From the NCBI RefSeq assembly GCF_039541115.1, contig NZ_BAABFP010000004.1, positions 1 through 64,000 of the forward strand: a DNA stretch of 64,000 nucleotides, in the 5' to 3' direction. The first letter of the stretch is position 1. Every line of letters starts with the position of its first letter. Source of the stretch: Angustibacter luteus. Lineage in GTDB: Bacteria > Actinomycetota > Actinomycetes > Actinomycetales > Angustibacteraceae. Shown piece after piece: positions 1 through 7,910 of this stretch. The notes beneath the pieces are model-generated. The model had not been told where the DNA came from. It made no database searches and worked only from the letters and a program-made list of their open reading frames with translations. Made by a program: the position numbers and the translations under genes.

Positions 1-2333
1 TCCGCCGCCGCGCGTTCCGCGGCCGCCCTCGCGGCCGCCTCGGCTGCCTCGGCCTGCTCAGCCGCGGCTCGGGCCGCCGCCTCGAGCTGCGCCTGCTGGC
101 GGGCCTGCTCGCGCGCGGCCTCCTCGGTGCGGCGCCGGGCCTGCCGCTCGGCGATCACCTGGGCCTCGACCTCGGCGTGGCGCTGGCGGTCGCGTTCGGC
201 CTGCTCCCGGGCCGCCAGCTCGGCGGCCTCGCGCTCCTCACGAGCGGCGCGCTCGGTGGCCGACTCGGGCAGCAGCGCCGTCAGCCGGTCCAGCACCTCG
301 CGATGGATCTGCTGCGGCCCCAGCGCGGCATCGACGACGAGATACCGGGACGGCGCCCGGCGGGCCAGCGCCAGGAAGCGCTCGCGGACCCGCGCGTGGA
401 ACTCGTCGGGCTCCTGCTCGAGCCGGTCGTGCTGGTCGTCGCGGCGTAGGCGGCCGATGTCCGGCTCGACGTCCAGCACGATGGTGAGGTCCGGAACCAG
501 ACCCTGGGTGGCCCAGCGCGACAGCTGCGCCACCTCCGCCGTGCCCAGGTCGCGGCCCGTGCCCTGGTAGGCCACGGAGGAGTCGCTGAACCGGTCGGTC
601 ACGACGACCTCGCCGGCCTCGAGCGCCGGGCGCACCACCGTCTCGACGTGGTGGGCGCGGTCGGCCGCGAACAGCAGCGCCTCGGCCCGCGGGGTCAGCT
701 CGCCGCCGTGCAGCAGCACCTCGCGCATCTTGACGCCGGCCTCGGTCGCGCCGGGCTCGTGCGTGAGCAGCGGGGTGTAGCCGTGCTCGGTGAGCCACTC
801 GCCGAGCAGTCGGACCTGGGTGGACTTGCCCGCGCCGTCGCCGCCCTCGAAGGCCACGAAGCGACCCGGGTACGCCGCCCGGCGGACCGGCGCGTCCTGC
901 AGCTGCCGCTGGGCGATCGCCTGGGCCAGGTCGCGGACCAGCGGGATGCCCCGACGGTCGTCCATCTGCCGGTACGACACGTAGCCGATCGCGATCGCAC
1001 CGAACCCGGCCAGCAGGAACGTGGCCATCACGCCGGTGTACGTGAGGCTGACGTCGTCGTTGATGTGCAACGTGGCCGGCAGGTTCAGCAGCTGGGACAG
1101 ACCCGCCGCCACGATGGGGCCGAGGGCCAGCACCGAGATCAGCACGACCCGGACCATCGACTGCACGAACGCGAAGGTGCGGCCGCGGATGTCGTCGCCG
1201 ACCTCGAGGCCGAGCAGGGTGTAGCCGGTGACCCACGCGGCACCGGCGCACGAGCCCAGACCGATCGTGAAGAAGACGGCGAGCGCGATGTTGGGGATGG
1301 CGGACAGCAGGATCAGCCAGCAGCCGGCCGCGGCGATCGACAGGCCGAACAGGCGGCGCCGGGAGAACTCGGCCAGCAGGCGGGGCGCCAGCCACATGCC
1401 GAGGGCCATCCCGAGGAAGACCGCCGCGAAGAGCGTGCCGTAGCCGGGCGACCCGGCCCCGAGCGCGCTGACGAACGCCGGCGCCAGCCCGATCACCAGA
1501 CCGCCGGCCGCGAACGCGCCGAGCATGCCGAGCACCAGGCCGCGGACCAGCGGCGTGCTCCCGATGTACTTCCAGCCCTCGACCGCCGTGCGCAGGATCG
1601 ACTCCTGCTTCGCGGTGTGGTTCGTGGTCTGCGGGAAGTCGAGCCGCCAGATCACCAGCGCGGACACCAGGAACGTCAGGGCGTTGGCGTACATTGCGAG
1701 GTAGGTCGGGTTCCCCTCGAGGTGGCTCCACACACCGTCGAGGACTCCGCTGGCCAGGGTCAGACCGGCAAACAGCAGCGCCGCGACGGGCGCCGAGCCG
1801 TAGGTCACGACCAGGCTCAGCTGGTTGGCCGCCTCGAGCCGCTTGCGGGGCACCAGGTTGGGCACCGTCGCGTCCTTCGCCGGCATCCAGAACAGCCCGA
1901 CGATCTCGACCAGCACCGTGGCGACGTACAGCCACCACAACGTGCCCACCAGGGGGATCGTGCAGAACAGCACGAAGCGCAGCACGTCGCCGTACACGAG
2001 CACGAGACGGCGGGACAGCCGGTCGGCCACCACCCCGGCCAGCGGCCCGAACAGCACCGCCGGCGCCAGGCGCAGGATGAACACCCCGGACACCGCGAGC
2101 AGCTTGCCGGACGAGGTGTCGGCCAGGGTCGAGGCGAGCGCCGTGGTGGCCAGCAGCCCCAGCCAGTCGCCCAGGCTGGACAGGCCCAGCGCGAGCCAGA
2201 GCCGGCGGAACGGCGTGATCGCCAGCACCGCACGGATGTCGTGGTCCGGCGGCTCCAGGGCGCTGGCTGGCAGACCGGCGTCGACAGCCTGCTCAGCAGG
2301 CGCCTCCGGCGGCCCGGGCAGGCTCGCGCTCAT
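1..2333 (-). CDS. tmk: MFS-type membrane domain fused to dTMP kinase, with an Ala/Glu/Arg-rich coiled-coil tail; runs off the window edge
   Basis: Not in the ORF track because there is no stop inside the window. The frame from ATG 2333 reads FRRLWLALGLSSLGDWLG (MFS-like N-terminus), then in the same frame RFVAFEGGDGAGKSTQ, TPLLTHEPG and VVVTDRFSDSSVAYQG (Tmk motifs), then EAARAAAE-type repeats. Confidence 0.9.
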   Translation of the reverse strand, partial: MSASLPGPPEAPAEQAVDAGLPASALEPPDHDIRAVLAITPFRRLWLALGLSSLGDWLGLLATTALASTLADTSSGKLLAVSGVFILRLAPAVLFGPLAGVVADRLSRRLVLVYGDVLRFVLFCTIPLVGTLWWLYVATVLVEIVGLFWMPAKDATVPNLVPRKRLEAANQLSLVVTYGSAPVAALLFAGLTLASGVLDGVWSHLEGNPTYLAMYANALTFLVSALVIWRLDFPQTTNHTAKQESILRTAVEGWKYIGSTPLVRGLVLGMLGAFAAGGLVIGLAPAFVSALGAGSPGYGTLFAAVFLGMALGMWLAPRLLAEFSRRRLFGLSIAAAGCWLILLSAIPNIALAVFFTIGLGSCAGAAWVTGYTLLGLEVGDDIRGRTFAFVQSMVRVVLISVLALGPIVAAGLSQLLNLPATLHINDDVSLTYTGVMATFLLAGFGAIAIGYVSYRQMDDRRGIPLVRDLAQAIAQRQLQDAPVRRAAYPGRFVAFEGGDGAGKSTQVRLLGEWLTEHGYTPLLTHEPGATEAGVKMREVLLHGGELTPRAEALLFAADRAHHVETVVRPALEAGEVVVTDRFSDSSVAYQGTGRDLGTAEVAQLSRWATQGLVPDLTIVLDVEPDIGRLRRDDQHDRLEQEPDEFHARVRERFLALARRAPSRYLVVDAALGPQQIHREVLDRLTALLPESATERAAREEREAAELAAREQAERDRQRHAEVEAQVIAERQARRRTEEAAREQARQQAQLEAAARAAAEQAEAAEAAARAAAERAAA

Positions 2334-2384
2334 GTCAGCCACGCGGGAAGCCTACGTGAGACGGCAGACAGAGGGGCGCACCGC

Positions 2385-5246
2385 TCAGCCGCCCTTCTTG
2401 GCTGCCGTCTTCTTCGCCGCGGTCTTCTTCGCCGTGGTCTTCTTCGCGGCCGTCTTCTTCGCCGTGGTCTTCTTCGCGGCCGTCTTCTTGACCCCGCGCT
2501 TCTTGGCCGGTCCGCGCGCCCGCTTGTCGGCCAGCAGCTCGGCCGCTCGCTCCTGGGTGATGGTGGCGGGGTCGTCGTCCTTGCGCAGCGTGGCGTTGAC
2601 CTCGCCGTCGGTCACGTACGGGCCGAAGCGGCCGTCCTTGACCACGACCTGCTTGCCCGAGACCGGGTCGTCACCCAGCTCGCGCAGCGGGGCGCTCGCG
2701 GACTGACCGCGCCCGCGCTTGGGCTGGGCGTAGATCGCCAGCGCCTCCTCGAGAGTCACGTCGAACAGCTGTGCCTCACTGGTCAGCGACCGCGAGTCCG
2801 TGCCCTTCTTCAGGTACGGGCCGTAGCGGCCGTTCTGGGCGGTGATCTCGTCGCCCGACTCGGGGTCGTTGCCGACGATCCGGGGGAGCGAGAGCAGCCG
2901 CAGCGCGTCCTCGAGGGTGACGGACTCCGGTGACATGTCCTTGAACAGGCTGGCCGTGCGCCCCCGGGGCTTCGCCGCCTTCTTGGCGGCCTTCTTCGCC
3001 GTCTTCTTGGCGGCCTTCTTCTTCGGCTTGGCCTCGGTCTCGCCCTCGACGGTCTCGCTGGACGCGTCCTGCGCCCGGTCGCCCTCGTCACCGGAGTCGT
3101 CGGTGTCAGAGGCGTCCGGGACGTCGTCCGGGATGAGCTCGGTGACGTACGGGCCGTAGCGGCCGGCCTTGACGACGATGTCGCGTCCGGTCGCCGGGTC
3201 CTCGCCGAGCACGCGGCCGTCGTCCCCGCTCATCGTCAGCAGCTCGCGGGCCTTCTCGACGCTCAGCTCGTCCGGGGCCACGTCATCGGGCACCGTGGCG
3301 CGCTGCGGCTCGCCGTCCGGTCCGGTGACCTCGACGTACGGGCCGTAGCGACCGACCCGCAGGACGACCCCGTCGCCGAGCGGCACCGTGCTGATCTCGC
3401 GGGCGTCGATCTCGTCCAGGTCGCCCGCCAGGTCCTTGAGCCCTTCGAGCGCGGTGTCGGCGTCGCCGAAGTAGAACCGCTGCAACCAGCGCGAACGCTG
3501 CTCGTGGCCGTCCGCGATCTTGTCGAGGTCGCTCTCCATCGCGGCGGTGAAGTCGTAGTCGACCAGCCGGGCGAAGTGCTCCTCGAGCAGGCGGGTCACC
3601 GCGAAGGCGACCCAGTGCGGCACGAGGGCGGAGCCACGCGACCACACGTACCCGCGGTCCAGGATGGTCGAGATCGTCGAGGCGTACGTCGACGGGCGGC
3701 CGATGCCGCGCTCCTCGAGGGCCTTGACCAGGCTGGCCTCGGTGTAGCGCGGCGGCGGGCTCGTCTCGTGACCCGAGACGTCCAGCTCACGGGTCGAGAC
3801 GCCGTCACCGACCGCCAGCTGCGGCAGCCGGCGCTCGGCGTCCGCGCCGTCGCTGTCGCCGCGGACCTCGTCCCGGCCTTCCTCGTACGCCGCGAGGAAG
3901 CCGCGGAAGGTGATGACGGTGCCGCTGGCGCTGAACTCGGCGTCCCGGCCGTCGGTAGCCGTCGCGGCGAGCCGCACGGACGCGGTCGAGCCGCGCGCGT
4001 CGGCCATCTGGCTGGCCACCGTGCGCTTCCAGATCAGCTCGTAGAGGCGGAAGTCGTCGCCGCGCAGCTGCCCGGAAACCTGTGCAGGAGTGCGGAACCG
4101 GTCGCCGGCGGGCCGGATCGCCTCGTGCGCCTCCTGCGCGTTCTTGGACTTGTTCGCGTAGTGCCGCGGCTGGTCCGGCACGTACTGCGGGCCGTACAGC
4201 TCCGACGCCTGGCTGCGCGCGGCGGACAGCGCCTCGCTGGACAGCACCGTCGAGTCGGTGCGCATGTAGGTGATGAAACCGTTCTCGTACAACGACTGTG
4301 CGACGCGCATCGCGTGCCGGGACGAGAACCGCAGCTTGCGGCTCGCCTCCTGCTGCAGCGTCGAGGTGGTGAACGGCGCGGCCGGACGGCGGGTGTACGG
4401 CTTCTCGTCGACGCTGCGCACCGTGACGGTGACGTCGATCAGCGCCTGGGCGAGGGTGGTCGCGGCGCTCTGGTCGAGGTGGACGACGGCCCGCGAGCCG
4501 GTCTGCAGCTGGCCCAGGTCGTCGAAGTCCTTGCCGGTCGCCACCCGGGCGCCGTCGACCGAGGTCAGGCGAGCGCTGAAGGCGGTGTCGTCGTCCGAGG
4601 CGAACGTGCCCTGCAGGTCCCAGTAGGACGCCGAGCGGAACGCCATGCGCTCCCGCTCGCGCTCGACCACCATGCGGGTGGCCACCGACTGCACGCGGCC
4701 GGCCGACAGGCCCTGGCGGATCTTGCGCCACAGCACCGGGGAGACCTCGTAGCCGTACAGCCGGTCCAGGATGCGGCGGGTCTCCTGCGCGTCGACGAGC
4801 CGGTCGTCGATGTCGCGGGTGGTCTCGAGGGCGCGTTGCAGGGCCTCGCGGGTGATCTCGTGGAACACCATGCGCTTGACCGGGACCTTCGGCTGCAGCG
4901 CCTCGAGCAGGTGCCACGCGATGGCCTCGCCCTCGCGGTCCTCATCGGTGGCCAGGTAGAGCTCGTCGGCGTCCTTGAGCAACCGCTTCAGCTCGGCGAC
5001 CTTCTTGCGCTTGTCGGCATCGACCACGTAGTACGGCTCGAAGCCGTTCTCGAGGTCGACGGCGAACTTGCCGAACGGGCCCTTCTTCATGTCCGCCGGC
5101 AGCTCGGAGGGCTGGGGCAGGTCGCGGATGTGTCCCACGCTCGCCTCGACGTCGTAGCCCTCGCCGAGGTAGCCGGCGATGGTCTTGGCCTTCGCCGGGG
5201 ACTCGACGATGACGAGCCGGCGACGGCTGCTGGACGACGTGGCCAC
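2385..5246 (-). CDS. topA: DNA topoisomerase I (type IA)
   Basis: LVIVESPAKAK, ATDEDREGEAI, SAGRVQS, ITYMRTDS, AQEAHEAIRP; GRYGPY C-terminal repeats; Lys-rich AKKT tail. GTG 5246 follows a purine-rich RBS. Confidence 0.97.
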   Translation of the reverse strand: MATSSSSRRRLVIVESPAKAKTIAGYLGEGYDVEASVGHIRDLPQPSELPADMKKGPFGKFAVDLENGFEPYYVVDADKRKKVAELKRLLKDADELYLATDEDREGEAIAWHLLEALQPKVPVKRMVFHEITREALQRALETTRDIDDRLVDAQETRRILDRLYGYEVSPVLWRKIRQGLSAGRVQSVATRMVVERERERMAFRSASYWDLQGTFASDDDTAFSARLTSVDGARVATGKDFDDLGQLQTGSRAVVHLDQSAATTLAQALIDVTVTVRSVDEKPYTRRPAAPFTTSTLQQEASRKLRFSSRHAMRVAQSLYENGFITYMRTDSTVLSSEALSAARSQASELYGPQYVPDQPRHYANKSKNAQEAHEAIRPAGDRFRTPAQVSGQLRGDDFRLYELIWKRTVASQMADARGSTASVRLAATATDGRDAEFSASGTVITFRGFLAAYEEGRDEVRGDSDGADAERRLPQLAVGDGVSTRELDVSGHETSPPPRYTEASLVKALEERGIGRPSTYASTISTILDRGYVWSRGSALVPHWVAFAVTRLLEEHFARLVDYDFTAAMESDLDKIADGHEQRSRWLQRFYFGDADTALEGLKDLAGDLDEIDAREISTVPLGDGVVLRVGRYGPYVEVTGPDGEPQRATVPDDVAPDELSVEKARELLTMSGDDGRVLGEDPATGRDIVVKAGRYGPYVTELIPDDVPDASDTDDSGDEGDRAQDASSETVEGETEAKPKKKAAKKTAKKAAKKAAKPRGRTASLFKDMSPESVTLEDALRLLSLPRIVGNDPESGDEITAQNGRYGPYLKKGTDSRSLTSEAQLFDVTLEEALAIYAQPKRGRGQSASAPLRELGDDPVSGKQVVVKDGRFGPYVTDGEVNATLRKDDDPATITQERAAELLADKRARGPAKKRGVKKTAAKKTTAKKTAAKKTTAKKTAAKKTAAKKGG

Positions 5247-5392
5247 GCTTCTCCCCTTGCTGAACGGACCGGCAGGGAGCACCCCACCGGGCACGACGGT
5301 AACGCCGCGGGACCGAGAGTATGCAATCGGCGTCCACAGCGGGGCCGACGAAGGTGATCTTGAAGCGGCACTTCTCGTGGTTGGCGGGTCGG

Positions 5393-6937
5393 TCAGGGGT
5401 GCTGCAGGAGCAGGTCGGCGACGAGGTGCCGCACGTCGGGTAGCAGCCGGGCGCGCAGGTCGGCCTCGGGCTCCTCCAGCAGCTGCGCCAGGGCCGCGAC
5501 GATCTGCCCGACGGACAGCTCGCCATCGCAGGCGCCGACCAGCCCGGCGAGAGCCGTGTCGGCCCGCACCACCCGCTGCAGGCCGCCACCCTGACGCAGC
5601 AGGATCACCTGCGGGTCCGCCGCGCCGGGCAGGGCGTGACGCTCCTCGGTGACGTCGGCAGCGACGGTCAGGTGGGCGGCCAGCAGGTCCTCGTCCGAGG
5701 TGCCACGCACCCAGGTCTCGGCGTCCAGGACGGCGGCGACGACGTCGCCCATGGGTCCGTCCAGCGGGCCGCGCAGCTCCTCGACCCGGTGCCAGCCCGG
5801 CTCGGCCCTGCGCAGCGTGACGACACCGAAGCCGACGGCCGCGACGCCGCGGGCCTCGAAGTCGTCCAGCCAGCCCTCGACCAGGTCGTCATGGGCGCCG
5901 GACCCCGGCAGGTGGCCACCGTCCCGGGCCCAGGTCTGCGCGTACTGGGCCGGGTCCTGCACCTCGCGCTGCACCACCCAGGCCTGGACGCCGTCCGGCA
6001 GCCACTCGCGCACCCGCTGCGCCCAGTCCTGTGCCTGCCCGTCGTCGTCCACCCGGTGCTCCCAGTTGCCGAGCAGCTGCGCCACACCACCCGGCGCGAG
6101 CACGTCGACGACTCCGCCGACCAGCCGGCGGACGACCTCGTCGCCGGCCAGGCCGCCGTCCCGGTACTCGTAGAGCGGCACGCCGGCCGCGCGCGGGGTG
6201 ATCACGAACGGCGGGTTGCTGACCACGAGGTCGAACCGCTCCCCGGCGACCGGCTCGAGCAGGTCGCCGCGGCGCAGCTGGAGGCGGCGGTCCGCGAACG
6301 GCCCGCCGACCACGGCCGCGTTGAGCCGGGCGTTGAAGTCGGCGAACGCGAGCGCCCGCTCGGAGGAGTCGGTGCCGAGCACGGACGTCGCGTGCCGGGC
6401 CGCGTGGAACGCCTGCACCCCGCACCCGGTGCCGAGGTCGAGGACGCTGCCGACGGGCGCCTGGACCGTCCACTGGGCCAGCGTGGTGGAGGCGCCGCCG
6501 ACCCCGAGGACGTGGTCCGCGGGCAGCGGGCCACCGGTGGCGAGCTCCCCGAGGTCGCACGCCAGCCACCACTGCACGTCGTCGGCCGCGTGCGGCCCCA
6601 GGTCGACCAGCGGGCGGGCGACGGGCGACGCGTCACTGCCGATGAGCTCGACGAGCCCGGCGTCCGCCGCCCCGCGGGACCCGGTGCGCGGCAGCGCCGC
6701 ATCCAGCGCCGCCGCTGCGACCGGCTCGCCCAGCACGAAGAGCCGGACCAGCACGGCCAGCGGGCGGTCGTCGCCCCGCAGCGCCCGGCGAGCCGCGATC
6801 GGCTCCTCCCGCAGCAGGGCGGACGACGCCTGTGGGCCCAGCAGGTCGCCGACGGCGTCGACGGTGAACGGTGCGAGGTCAGCCGCGAGGTCGCGGGCCG
6901 CCTGGTCGTCGGCGAACCGCGGCGCCGGCCGGCTCAT
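5393..6937 (-). CDS. class I SAM-dependent methyltransferase (MTS/HemK-like)
   Basis: VLDLGTGCG SAM motif and SNPPF motif; such genes commonly lie beside actinobacterial topA. Confidence 0.88.
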   Translation of the reverse strand: MSRPAPRFADDQAARDLAADLAPFTVDAVGDLLGPQASSALLREEPIAARRALRGDDRPLAVLVRLFVLGEPVAAAALDAALPRTGSRGAADAGLVELIGSDASPVARPLVDLGPHAADDVQWWLACDLGELATGGPLPADHVLGVGGASTTLAQWTVQAPVGSVLDLGTGCGVQAFHAARHATSVLGTDSSERALAFADFNARLNAAVVGGPFADRRLQLRRGDLLEPVAGERFDLVVSNPPFVITPRAAGVPLYEYRDGGLAGDEVVRRLVGGVVDVLAPGGVAQLLGNWEHRVDDDGQAQDWAQRVREWLPDGVQAWVVQREVQDPAQYAQTWARDGGHLPGSGAHDDLVEGWLDDFEARGVAAVGFGVVTLRRAEPGWHRVEELRGPLDGPMGDVVAAVLDAETWVRGTSDEDLLAAHLTVAADVTEERHALPGAADPQVILLRQGGGLQRVVRADTALAGLVGACDGELSVGQIVAALAQLLEEPEADLRARLLPDVRHLVADLLLQHP

Positions 6938-6979
6938 GCCGGCCCGCTCATGCCGGCCCGCTCATGCCGGCCCGCTCAT
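6924..6979. repeat. 14-bp tandem repeat x4 (GCCGGCCCGCTCAT)
   Basis: Copies at 6924-6937 (1 mismatch), 6938-6951, 6952-6965 and 6966-6979. Confidence 0.95.
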
Positions 6980-7570
6980 ACCGGCGGCCTTGCGGCGCGC
7001 GCGGTAGCTGCGCGTCTTCGCCTTGTTGCCGCAGCCCCACTCGCACCAGGTGCGGGAGCGGTTCTTGCTGGCGTCGAAGTAGGCCCACCCGCAGTCGTCG
7101 GCGGCGCACAGCTTCACCCGCCGCCAGGTGCCGTCGACCACGGCCGCGTTGACGGCGACGAGCAGCCGGGTGAGCGCGCCTGGGACACCGTCCAGCACCG
7201 GGACCAGGCCCGGCTGCGGGCTGTCCCCGGGGACGTCCCGGCCGCCCAGCCGCAGGGGCAGGCGCTCGGCGACCGCATCCAGCGCCGTGAAGTCGCCGGT
7301 GCCCTCGTGGTTGGCCGTGAACGCCGCCTGCAGGGCTTCGCGCAGCCGTCGGGCCACTGCCAGGTCGTCCGCGGTGGCCCGCATGGCTCCGGCCCCCAGG
7401 CCGTGCTCGGTCAGCCAGGCGTCGAGCTCGGCCGGGGTGGTCAGGTCGTCGGTGGCCAGCTCGTGGTCGATCGAGTTGGCGTAGCCGATCAGCAGCTCGA
7501 CGTGCGGCGGCCGGGGCGGCGTGGGCGGCGTGGGCGGCGTGGGCGGCCCGGGCGTGGGGGTGGTCGACAT
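6962..7570 (-). CDS. ABATE/CGNR zinc-finger putative regulator
   Basis: RVKLCAADDCGWAYFDASKNRSRTWCEWGCGNKAK; PTP repeats at the N-terminus; GGAGG RBS. Confidence 0.9.
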   Translation of the reverse strand: MSTTPTPGPPTPPTPPTPPRPPHVELLIGYANSIDHELATDDLTTPAELDAWLTEHGLGAGAMRATADDLAVARRLREALQAAFTANHEGTGDFTALDAVAERLPLRLGGRDVPGDSPQPGLVPVLDGVPGALTRLLVAVNAAVVDGTWRRVKLCAADDCGWAYFDASKNRSRTWCEWGCGNKAKTRSYRARRKAAGMSGPA

Positions 7571-7670
7571 GGCACCTCCATCCTACTCGCGACACCACCG
7601 TCAGCGTTTTGGGGGTTGCGATTCTTCCGACACCGGCATAACGTGATGACTGGTGTTAGGGAGGTTCACC

Positions 7671-7910
7671 ATGGCCAGCTTCATCACCGCCATCGCCATG
7701 CAGCAGCTGTCCGACATGGAGGGGCTGCGGCGCGATCTCGGGCGCAAAACGCGCTCGCCCCTCGGACGGCGGGCGTCCGAGAGGCGAGCGAGGCGAGCGG
7801 CTCAGCGGGTGACGGCGCGCTCCTCGGCGTCGTCGGCCTCGCCGGCCTCGTCAGCGACGCCGGGCTCCGCTCCCGCGTCGTCGGCCGCGTCGTCGGTCCG
7901 CACGGCCTGA
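7671..7910 (+). CDS. small hypothetical protein divergent from the CGNR gene
   Basis: GGGAGG RBS before ATG 7671 (MASFITAIAMQQLSDMEGLRR...). The 3' part overlaps the hppA end on the opposite strand. Confidence 0.4.
   Translation: MASFITAIAMQQLSDMEGLRRDLGRKTRSPLGRRASERRARRAAQRVTARSSASSASPASSATPGSAPASSAASSVRTA

Noticed and set aside
2388..2490. 15-bp repeats encoding AKKT[TA] at the end of topA
   Set aside because: In-frame Lys-rich tail typical of actinobacterial TopA; not an array or mobile element.
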